This document shows, piece by piece, positions 37,041 through 45,994 of a DNA stretch of 64,000 nucleotides. A program made the translations under genes and the position numbers. The notes below the pieces were generated by a model. That model did not search any database, was not told the origin of the DNA, and was given only the letters and a program-made list of their open reading frames with translations. Every line of letters starts with the position of its first letter. Positions within the stretch are counted from its first letter, which is position 1. The stretch is from Chitinophagales bacterium. GTDB taxonomy: Bacteria; Bacteroidota; Bacteroidia; Chitinophagales; BACL12. The stretch covers positions 24,567 through 88,566 of the forward strand of contig JAWKLB010000007.1 in assembly GCA_041392955.1 (NCBI GenBank). The letters run 5' to 3'.

Positions 37041-38900
37041 ATGCGCAGATCACTATACATCTTTAGAATATTCCTTATTCCTTATTCCTCATTCCTCCTT
37101 TCTTTTTCCTCTTTTTCCCAACCCGTCGATCGCATTGATCCGCCGAGCTGGTGGGTGGGCATGCACAATCCTGAAGTGCAATTGATGATGCACGGCAAAG
37201 GCATCGCACAATTCGACATAAGTACAGATTATCCGGGCGTGCAGATATACCAGGTACATAAAGTAGAAAATCCCAATTACCTTTTTGTAGACCTCATCAT
37301 TAGCGATACGGCAAAAGCCGGCACTATTTCTTTTCATTTCAACAAAGGCAAAATGCAATTTCAAACAGATTTTGCATTAATGGCAAGAGAAAAAAGAAGT
37401 ATGCCGTACGGCCTTGCAGGAGATGACCTCATTTATCTCATCATGCCCGATCGGTTTTCCAACGGCGATACAACAAATGATGCATTTGCGGATATGGCAG
37501 AACCCACTGCCAACAGAAACGAAATATATACGCGGCACGGTGGTGATCTGCAGGGTGTCATCAATCACCTTGATCATATTAAACAACTCGGCATGACGGC
37601 CATATGGCTCACACCACCAATGGAGAACGACCAGCCGAGCTGGAGCTATCACGGCTACGCCATCACCGATAATTACAACATCGACAAGCGCATGGGAGAT
37701 AATGCACTCTTTAAAACCTATGCAGCAGCATGTCATAAGAATGATCTGAAAGTGGTACTCGATGTGGTGCCAAATCATATCGGCAGTGGCAGCTACCTGA
37801 TGAAAGATATGCCCATGCACGATTGGGTACATCAATTCGATACCTATACGAAAACGAATTACCGCGCTTTCTCACTGGCCGATCCGCATGCAAGTGCGGA
37901 AGATAAAATGCTGATGGCAGATGGCTGGTTCGACAAACACATGCCCGATGTAAATCAGAGCAATCCTTTTGTTGCAAAATATATCACACAGAATTGTATC
38001 TGGTGGATAGAATACGCGCAGGTGGATGCATTTCGTATTGATACTTACACCTATTCCGATCTGGACTTTCTGGTGCAATGGAAAAAAGATATCAATGCGG
38101 AATATCCCGGGTTTTATATGTTCGGCGAGGTGTGGACAGAAGGCAACGCCGTGCAGGCGTATTTTGCAGGAAATAATAATATCAACTCAGGATATAATTC
38201 CATGCTGGACGGTGTCACCGATTTTAATTTGTATTGGTCTATGCTGGAAGGATTGAATGGCAATTTCGGTTGGGTGACCGGATTAGGAAAAATATATCTC
38301 GACCTCACACAGGATTTTTTATACCAGCATCCGGAAATGAATGCCATCTTTTTGGGCAACCACGACCTGGACAGAATTTATTCTGCCATTGGCGAGGACC
38401 CGGATAAAATGAAAATGGCTATCGCCTTTTTGATGACCATGCGCGGCATTCCGCAGTGGTATTATGGCGATGAGATATTGATGAAAAACTTCAAAGCACC
38501 CGACGGGCTGGTGCGCTCTGATTTTCCGGGTGGATGGCCGGGAGATTCCATCAATAAATTCAACGGTAAAAATTTAACGCCCGCCGAGAATGACATATAT
38601 ACCTACACAAAAACACTGGCCAACTGGCGACACGGGAATGATGCCATTAAAAACGGCAAGCTGATGCACTTTGCACCGGAAAATGATATGTATGTGTATT
38701 TCCGGTACACCGACACACATTGTGTGATGGTGGTGATGAACAGCAGTGCAGATGAAAAAACATTGGATACAAAACGCTTCGCGGAGAGAATGACCGGTTT
38801 TACCAAAGCGAAAAATGTGGCCACCGGCGCAACGGTTTCTGATCTTTCATCTTTACAGATAGCAGGTAAGAGCTGTTTGGTGTTGGAATTGATGAAATAA
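37041..38900 (+). CDS. GH13 alpha-amylase-family enzyme (cyclomaltodextrinase/neopullulanase-like) with signal peptide
   Basis: The four GH13 regions are in order: LDVVPNHIG, DAFRIDTYTY, FGEVWTEG and FLGNHDLDR. The N-terminal domain is of cyclomaltodextrinase type (IDPPSWWVGMHNPEVQLMMHG). Confidence 0.9.
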   Translation: MRRSLYIFRIFLIPYSSFLLSFSSFSQPVDRIDPPSWWVGMHNPEVQLMMHGKGIAQFDISTDYPGVQIYQVHKVENPNYLFVDLIISDTAKAGTISFHFNKGKMQFQTDFALMAREKRSMPYGLAGDDLIYLIMPDRFSNGDTTNDAFADMAEPTANRNEIYTRHGGDLQGVINHLDHIKQLGMTAIWLTPPMENDQPSWSYHGYAITDNYNIDKRMGDNALFKTYAAACHKNDLKVVLDVVPNHIGSGSYLMKDMPMHDWVHQFDTYTKTNYRAFSLADPHASAEDKMLMADGWFDKHMPDVNQSNPFVAKYITQNCIWWIEYAQVDAFRIDTYTYSDLDFLVQWKKDINAEYPGFYMFGEVWTEGNAVQAYFAGNNNINSGYNSMLDGVTDFNLYWSMLEGLNGNFGWVTGLGKIYLDLTQDFLYQHPEMNAIFLGNHDLDRIYSAIGEDPDKMKMAIAFLMTMRGIPQWYYGDEILMKNFKAPDGLVRSDFPGGWPGDSINKFNGKNLTPAENDIYTYTKTLANWRHGNDAIKNGKLMHFAPENDMYVYFRYTDTHCVMVVMNSSADEKTLDTKRFAERMTGFTKAKNVATGATVSDLSSLQIAGKSCLVLELMK

Positions 38901-39012
38901 TTACGAGACCCTCACCTGCGGGAGGCAGGCACGAAGACACGAAGGCTCAAAGCAACACGAAGAAATTTCCTTGTGACCCCTTTGTGGCTTCGTGCCTTGG
39001 TGGCCTCGGTTA
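38889..39012. repeat. Intergenic repeat family 2 (full copy)
   Basis: TTGATGAAATAATTACGAGACC...CACGAAGACACGAAGGCTCAAAGCAACACGAAGAAATTTCCTTGTGACCCCTTTGTGGCTTCGTGCCTTGGTGGCCTCG contains internal CACGAAG/CTTCGTG inverted repeats. Confidence 0.7.
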
Positions 39013-39097
39013 CCAAACGCTTTATTTATAAATTCCTTATCTACCCACGGCATTCTTTATATTTTCTTTATAATACCCGCCCTACCTTTGTATCGTT

Positions 39098-40240
39098 ATG
39101 GCAAATGAGCCGACACGATATGGTAAAAAGAGAGAATATCTGATCAGCATTCTTGCCGTATTGCTGGTGGCCGGCATCAGCTATATGGCACAGGATCTTT
39201 TGGGTTATAGAGTTGCAGCTTTATTGTTACTCGTAACTGTTTCCCTGCTGGCCATGCTGTTCGATATTTTGCCCGTACTCCTGGCTTCCATTTTAAGTGC
39301 CTTATGCTGGGATTATTTTTTCATTCCCCCACGATATACCATCACCGTCGGCTCCGGTGAAGACCTGCTTCTATTATTGATGTATTTTGTGATTGCACTG
39401 ATCAACGCGGCACTGACCTATCAGATACGCAAACGCGAACGTATGTTACAGCGCAAAGAGGAAAAAGAAAAAGCCATCAAATTGTATAATACGCTCCTCA
39501 ATAGTTTGTCGCATGAATTGCGCACACCCATTTCCGCCATTATCACGGCAAGTGATACCCTGAAAGAAGGAATGGACGATATGGACAGCTCTAATGAAGT
39601 GCAGTTGGTTGATGGCATTTCTGTATCTGCCATTCGCCTGCAACACCAGGTGGAGAATTTGCTGAACATGAGCAGGATCGATTCCGGCGTTCTCCAACCA
39701 AAACCCGACTGGTGCGACGTAAAAGAATTGATCTATCAGGTGATAGGAAAATGTGCACACGGCGATGCACGTAAAAATATTGTTGTGCATATATCCGAAG
39801 AGCTGCCGCTTTTCAAAATTGATTACGGACTTACCAGTCAGGTATTGGAAAATCTACTGAACAATGCCTTGTCGCACACGGCATCCGGAACAGAAATACG
39901 CATAGAGGCAAATATATCGGAAGAAATAGAGGGTTCCATTGAGGTAAATGATGGCAGCATCGCATTACACAGAGATAAAAAAACAAATTATCTGGTGCTG
40001 AAGGTGGCGGATAATGGAAAAGGTTTTCCCGAAGATGAGATGCCGTACGTGTTTGACAAATTCTACCGGCTGAAAAACACAAAACCGGGAGGCACGGGGC
40101 TGGGATTGAGTATCGTAAAAGGGTTTGTGGAAGCACAAAAAGGTGAAGTGCGTTTGAGTAACCTGCCGGAGGGTGGCGCTTTGTTCACTATTTATTTGCC
40201 GGCAGAAGTGTCGTATATAAATGCTTTGAAAAATGAGTAA
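39098..40240 (+). CDS. KdpD-type C-terminal sensor histidine kinase (DUF4118 membrane domain + HisKA + HATPase_c)
   Basis: It has four TM helices of DUF4118 type, the H-box LSHELRTPISAI, and ATPase motifs NLLNNALSH, DNGKGF and GTGLGLSIVKG. Confidence 0.85.
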   Translation: MANEPTRYGKKREYLISILAVLLVAGISYMAQDLLGYRVAALLLLVTVSLLAMLFDILPVLLASILSALCWDYFFIPPRYTITVGSGEDLLLLLMYFVIALINAALTYQIRKRERMLQRKEEKEKAIKLYNTLLNSLSHELRTPISAIITASDTLKEGMDDMDSSNEVQLVDGISVSAIRLQHQVENLLNMSRIDSGVLQPKPDWCDVKELIYQVIGKCAHGDARKNIVVHISEELPLFKIDYGLTSQVLENLLNNALSHTASGTEIRIEANISEEIEGSIEVNDGSIALHRDKKTNYLVLKVADNGKGFPEDEMPYVFDKFYRLKNTKPGGTGLGLSIVKGFVEAQKGEVRLSNLPEGGALFTIYLPAEVSYINALKNE

Positions 40241-40894
40241 GCCACGCATATTGATCATTGATGATGAGCCGCAGATCCGCAGGTTATTGCAGATCGCATT
40301 GGGAAATAATGATTTTGAAGTGGAAGAAGCAGCTACTGCAAAAGAAGGCATTGCACTGGCTGCCAGTTTGCAACCCGAAGTGATATTGCTGGACATAGGC
40401 CTGCCGGATGTAAGTGGGCACGAGGTGCTGAAGGAATTGCGCAGTTGGTATGAACGTCCTGTGATCATTTTATCTGCTCTGGATACGGAAACAGATATCG
40501 TGCATGCGTTGGACAGCGGCGCAAATGATTATCTCGTTAAGCCTTTTCGCACCGGCGAGCTGATGGCAAGAATTCGCACTGCATTGCGCAGCACGAACGG
40601 AACGGGAACAGAGTCGCAATTCATGGTGGATGATATTGTTCTCGATATTTCTGCGCACACAGTTTCCTGTTCCGGCGAACAGGTGAAGCTCACTACAACG
40701 AATTCAATTTAGCACTTTGTTCATGCGGAATGAAGGCAAGGCGCTGACACATCAGTTCATCCTGAAAAATGTCTGGGGTCCAACGCATATAAACACAATA
40801 TTGCGCGTGTTTTGTGCGCAATTGAGAAGAAAATAGAACAAGATCCCAATAACCCGAAGCATATCATTACCGAATCCGGGTGTCAGTGCACTTT
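40233..40894 (+). pseudogene. OmpR/KdpE-type response regulator with a disrupted winged-helix domain
   Basis: The REC domain is intact (ILIIDDEPQIRR, LLDIGLPDVSG, DYLVKPF). The ORF stops at 40712. The wHTH remainder (FMRNEGKALTHQFILKNVWGP ... EQDPNNPKHIITESG) is readable only by switching frames. Confidence 0.75.
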
Positions 40895-40926
40895 TGTGAT
40901 CTGAGAAACATATTAGTATTTTTGTC

Positions 40927-42864
40927 ATGCAATCAAAGAAGAGTCATTTTTCGAACAGGGTAGCCTTTGTCCCTTATTGATCGCATTGGGTATTATTACA
41001 GATATTGGAACCCGAGTCCTCTGTATGTGTTAAAGGCGATCATCGGGGATAAACCGATCTCGGAAGAGCTGGTACTCGGGGGCATTTCCTGTATATTCTG
41101 GACACTGCTTATTCAAACCACTACGAAATATATTTTCCTCACCTTGAAGGGACGAATAATCACGGCGAGGGGCGGTATATTTTCCTTGTACACTGGTGCG
41201 CAGATATGGAAAGTATCTGCGATCCCCACCATTATCGGTGCAACTACTTTGCTAGCCGATGGGATCATCACGCCGCCATCGGTATAACTGGCTGTGGAAG
41301 GATTGCAATTAATTTCTCCGGATATTCCTGTTTTACCCATAAGTCAGCCATATTGTCGCTCTTGTTTTTCTTTCAGCGTTTCAGGACAAGAAATGGGGTC
41401 ACCTTCAGTCCTATTATGCTGATCTGGTTCAGCATGCTGTGCGTGTTGGGCATGCATCAGAATGACACAATTTCCGGAAATCCTTAAAGGTTTAAGTCCT
41501 GTTTACGGATATCGATTATTGGTCATGTACTTCCGGGAGGATTTTGGCTTTTGGGCGCCGTGTTTTTGACGCACTACCGGCGCCGAAGCGTGCTATTCCG
41601 ATCTCGGACATTGCGGCAGGAAAAACATTCGTATCACCTGGATCATGGTGAAGACCTGTTTATTGGTAATATCTCCGGACAGTCGGCCTGGGTATTGCAC
41701 AGTGCCGGTGATTTTTTGAATGGCGCAATCCGTTTACGCTACCATTATGCCCGATTGGTTTTTGATCAGCGGTATCCTGATCGCCACATCGGCGACGATT
41801 CCTCGCATCGCGACGTGATCAGCGGCAGTTATCGCTCATCAGCGAAGGCAGATGAGTTTAAATTTCTGGCCGCGCGTCGCGGTGCGGCAACCACTAATTT
41901 TAAAAGGGCAGATATATATTCCCAGTGGCGAACAATATTTTATGGGTAGGATGTATCCTGATGGTGTTGTATTTTCGTGAATCGGCGAAGATGGAAGCGG
42001 CTTATGGGTTTTCCATCACCATTGCCATGTTGATGACCACCTATTTACTGTGTTACTTCCTTTTCTACCGTTTAAAATGGAGTGGCGTTTTAGTGTTGGC
42101 AATAGGCGTCTTATTCTTTATGGTAGAATCCTCGTTCTTCATTGCCAATATCGCCAAGATAAAAAAACAACGGTGGATGTTTCTGTTTTTTGAAGCTTCC
42201 ATATTTACGGTCATGTATTGTTGGTTCTATGCGCGCAAGGTGAAGAACAGGCTTACGAAATTTGTAGAGATCGGCTCCTTTGCGCATACCCTGCGCAAAT
42301 TACATGCAGATATCGATATTCCGAAGTGTGCGACCCATACAGTATCTGACCGGCCAATGCGCGGGAAGAGGTGGAAGATAGATCGTGCAATCCATTTTCG
42401 CGCACCAATCCGAAGCGGGCAGATGTATTGGTTGTGCATTTTGACAGAACAGATGCTCCACCCTGAGTTACGATGTGGAGGAATTGGTAGAGCACACCTT
42501 GATCAAAGTGAATATATATATCGGTTTTCGTGTGCAACCGCGGGCAGTGGTACAAGGATCATTGTGAAGATGATACATAAAAGAAGCAAATCGATCTGTT
42601 TATCGTTGCTTCTGCTAAATATACGAAGGAGCGCGATTTTACTTTTAGCATCGTTATTGAAAGATTCTTGTTGAGAATGAATTCACCTTGCGGGAGGGAT
42701 TGCTCCTGCGCATGTATTTTATGTTGAAACGGCTCGGTCAAAAAGATGAAAAGGCTTTTGGATTAGATAAGAGTGATGTGCTTGTTGAATATGCACCTTT
42801 GGTATATCAGCCTGCTGAGAATGTGTATTTAAAGAGAAGATACAGGGAACGCGCAGAACATTGA
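40927..42864 (+). pseudogene. kup: KUP/HAK/KT-family potassium uptake transporter, multiply frameshifted
   Basis: Kup-like peptides are scattered over at least 5 ORF fragments in different frames: SPLYVLKAIIGDKPISEELVLGGISCIFWTLLIQTTTKY; ILWVGCILMVLYFRESAKMEAAYGFSITIAMLMTTYLL; the C-terminal MLKRLGQKDEKAFGLDKSDVLVEYAPL. Confidence 0.85.
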
Positions 42865-42932
42865 TCAGTAAAGGATATATTTTTAGAACAAACATATAAT
42901 ATATCTGTAATAGCGGTAGTTTGGTGACAGAG

Positions 42933-43033
42933 TTGATGAAATAATTACGAGACCACAAAGACACGAAGGCTCAAAGCAGCACGAAGAAATTTCCTTGTGA
43001 CCCCTTGGTGCCTTTGCGCCATTGTGGCCTCGC
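42933..43033. repeat. Intergenic repeat family 2 (full copy)
   Basis: It starts with the same TTGATGAAATAATTACGAGACC as the 38889 copy, then ACACGAAGGCTCAAAGCAGCACGAAGAAATTTCCTTGTGACCCCTTGGTG...GTGGCCTCG. Confidence 0.7.
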
Positions 43034-43039
43034 CCAATG

Positions 43040-45636
43040 TTATTGCTTTCTAACCAGCGTGCACTTCTTCTTGTATTTTTCTACGTTGCCGTTCAGGTCG
43101 AAGAGTTCGGCGTATACTATGTAGATGCCGATGGGCGCAGCGGTGCCTTCATCTGTTACACCATCCCAGGTGAGAAATCCTTCGCGGCTCATCGAGAAAT
43201 TGTTAGTCAGCGCTTTTACGGTTCTTCCCTGCGCATCGAAAATGGTAAATCTGCCTGTGTAACCGTCGCTTGCAGTTGTATATGAGATCACCAGCAGATC
43301 CTGATATCCGTCCCCATCCGGTGAGAAAACGGAATATTCCAGATCAACCGTTCCGCCGGCACTAACAACGCCAAAATCGGAATTCTGATAACCGGGAGTT
43401 CCGAAATGCACATCGGCAGCTGCGCTATGCCAGTTCTGCTCATCCTGTGTGGTAAATGCGTAATTCACACGCTCCAGCGAAACACCATTTTTATCGTCCA
43501 GCAAAGCATAATGCCAGTCGTCGATATAATGTAATTGATCGATAACGTTCAGGGTTTGATCATATAATACAACAATACCCTCATCATCAGGATAATTCGG
43601 CAATGCACATTCCGTGAAATTTCCCAGATCACTTACGAAATAGGTGGAAGTGATATTGTCGATATTTTCTGTCGCGCACATATAGGCCCCCGGGAATAAT
43701 AATCTGCCACTCGTGCTGGCAAAACCCGATTCTAAAATATCTGTTGTGTCGTCCACATTCCATTCTGCAATGATGAGTTTACCCAGATCAATGATCTTAT
43801 CCGAGTTGTTGTGCAACTCCACAAAATCATAACCACCTGTAGAAGGATTGAACAATACTTCATTGATGACCACATCGCCGGGTGCAACAGGTTCCGGCAA
43901 ACCGAAAGTAGCAGTATTGAAACCGGTAGAAATATTTCCCGAACAATCGGAAGCATTTTCTACGGTTGCCGTATAGATAATGCCGCCGCTCAATGCAGGT
44001 GAAAGATATAGTGTGATCCTGTCGGGTTGCGCAGGATCCCAGATAAGTCCCGCCGGCGAACCGATAGCATTATCTATAGAAATATCGGATGCGTTTAAGG
44101 AAGAAACATCGAGTGCCTCATCATAAAACAATTTCAGGGTATCTGCAGTAACAGGATAAGCATATAATAAAACGGGTGCGGCTTCATCGGGATTACTTGC
44201 GTTCACGGAATTGATATATCCGGGTGTTCCGCCACTCGGATCAACGGAAGCGGTCCAGTTATTATCACCCTGACAAGGATTTGAAGGATCTATCATTTCC
44301 AGACTCCAGCCGCCATCATCTTTGATGGCATTATCATACCAATCGGGAGTGTATGGAACAAAATGCAATGTGTTTCCTTCCGGATCGAATAATTGCAGGT
44401 TGTCGCCCGTATTATTCAATCCGGGAAAATTATTTATGGCGATGGAATTTGTAAATGCAGTGAATAGGTCTGCATTTCCGTCATCGAAAACAATTACATA
44501 TCCGTTTGCGGGTAATATATAAGAAGGAAACGGATCGCTGTCGGTTGAGCCATCGCTGATAACACAGCCTGCGACATCAATATCGAGATCAGTGGTATTA
44601 TATAATTCAACAAACTCTGCTGCGGGTAATCCGACAACGGGGTCCGGATCGGGAAAGATCTCGTCGATGACAATGTCATAGGTATGCAAGGTGTAATAAG
44701 AAAAATCCGCGCTGCCGCTGCTCAATATATTTCCATTCTCATCGGCAATATTATGTACAGTAAGGGTGAGTGGTATCCCTTCGGGAAAATCTTCTAGAAA
44801 AGTAAGCATTACCGTGCTGTGATCTGCAGCATCTATGGAAGCATTTATCGGATTGCCCACACCATCGCTCACGGAATAATTCGATGCTGTTTCTGCAAAA
44901 CCCACTGCGAGATTTTCATTGAAATGTGCATGGAGTTGCGATGCAGAAATAAGCTCAGCAGATAAAAGAACAGGAGGGTCATTATCTGTGTAGATCGGTG
45001 GGGTGGGGGGTTTACATCATCAAAATAAAATTGTGTGCAACGGGTGGAAGTGTATTTGCAATAAAATCCGAAATAATTTCCAACGGTATAGGTTGCATCA
45101 TTAACCGTTCCTTCCGATGTGTAAGAAAATCCGCCGGTGGGGTCAACAAATAATTCCCAATTGCCGCTTGTGGAGCGCACCACTTTAATGCGCGCTGTCG
45201 GAGATGTTGCCATCTCGCCGGAAATACCACTTAAAATAGTAGTAGTTGTTGTGCCATCCTGGCGAAAGAGTTTCACTGCATCCGTGGTCCCGTCCTCGCC
45301 AATGCGGATAAAATAACCATTGAGCGAAGCGGTCAGATCGGCATTGCTGCTTTGCAGGTAAATCCTTGTCAGATTAGAGGAAGACGGATCGAATGTGAGA
45401 TCTACCCAGAACTCCCAGGTAGCGGTATCGCTTGTAGGTGCTGCAACCGAGAGGTAGTTGGTGCCTCCGGCGGCGCAATCGCCCTGGAGTTGTAACTGGT
45501 TTGTACCGTTCACGATGAAGCTGGCTGTATTGCCATCCCAGCCATCAAAATTGCCGTCGTTAAAATCATCAGAGAACTGGCCGAAGGCCGCAACAGCGCT
45601 TGCCAAAAAAAAGATAGGGGTCAATAGGCGTTTCAT
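43040..45636 (-). CDS. Secreted protein with two lamin-tail (LTD) domains and a C-terminal SPDGDG-type sorting/Ig-like domain, split by a frameshift near 45005-45015
   Basis: It has a signal peptide (MKRLLTPIFFLASAVAAFGQ). LTD signatures are IDEIFPDPDP...AEFVELYNTTDLDIDVAGC and VINEVLFNPSTGGYDFVELHNNSDKIIDLG. The tail is FSPDGDGYQDLL. The two track ORFs (44869-45636 and 43040-44905) join across the run AAACCCCCCACCCC. Confidence 0.7.
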
Positions 45637-45689
45637 ACTTCCAAAGAGCCTGAAAATTACGGAATTGTCGTTAAGCGGGGGTTAATTAT

Positions 45690-45790
45690 TGAAAGGGGTT
45701 ATCGGGTTGCCGGGTTGTCCGGTTGCCGGGTTAGAGTGCTCATATTTAAAATAAAAGTCCCGATGTCAGGGCACTTATAATTGGAAAAGA
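45690..45790. repeat. Modular intergenic repeat (family 1), inverted orientation
   Basis: GGTTGCCGGGTTGTCCGGTTGCCGG + GTTAGAGTGCTCATATTT is the reverse complement of head + GACAAC-type array. GTCCCGATGTCAGGGCAC is a GGACGTCC-type module. Confidence 0.65.
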
Positions 45791-45994
45791 GTTATGACGT
45801 TGCCCCGTAGTTGAATGGTTAAGCTGTTGGTTTCCCGGAGGTTTCATTCTACTAAGAAGCAAATTCTGCCTTCATTCAGGAATGCACCCCCAATATTACA
45901 TGTAGTGACACAGGTCACTTCTTTTGGGCAGAACGCAGGATAGCTTTGCTATATGATGCAAATCCCCGGAAAACCGCGCACAAAACTCAATTCA

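Noticed and set aside
40967-42674. Four separate ORFs (40967-41287, 41206-41487, 41551-41949, 41925-42674) as independent small genes.
   Set aside because: They carry consecutive pieces of one Kup-family transporter in different frames, so they are fragments of a single pseudogene.
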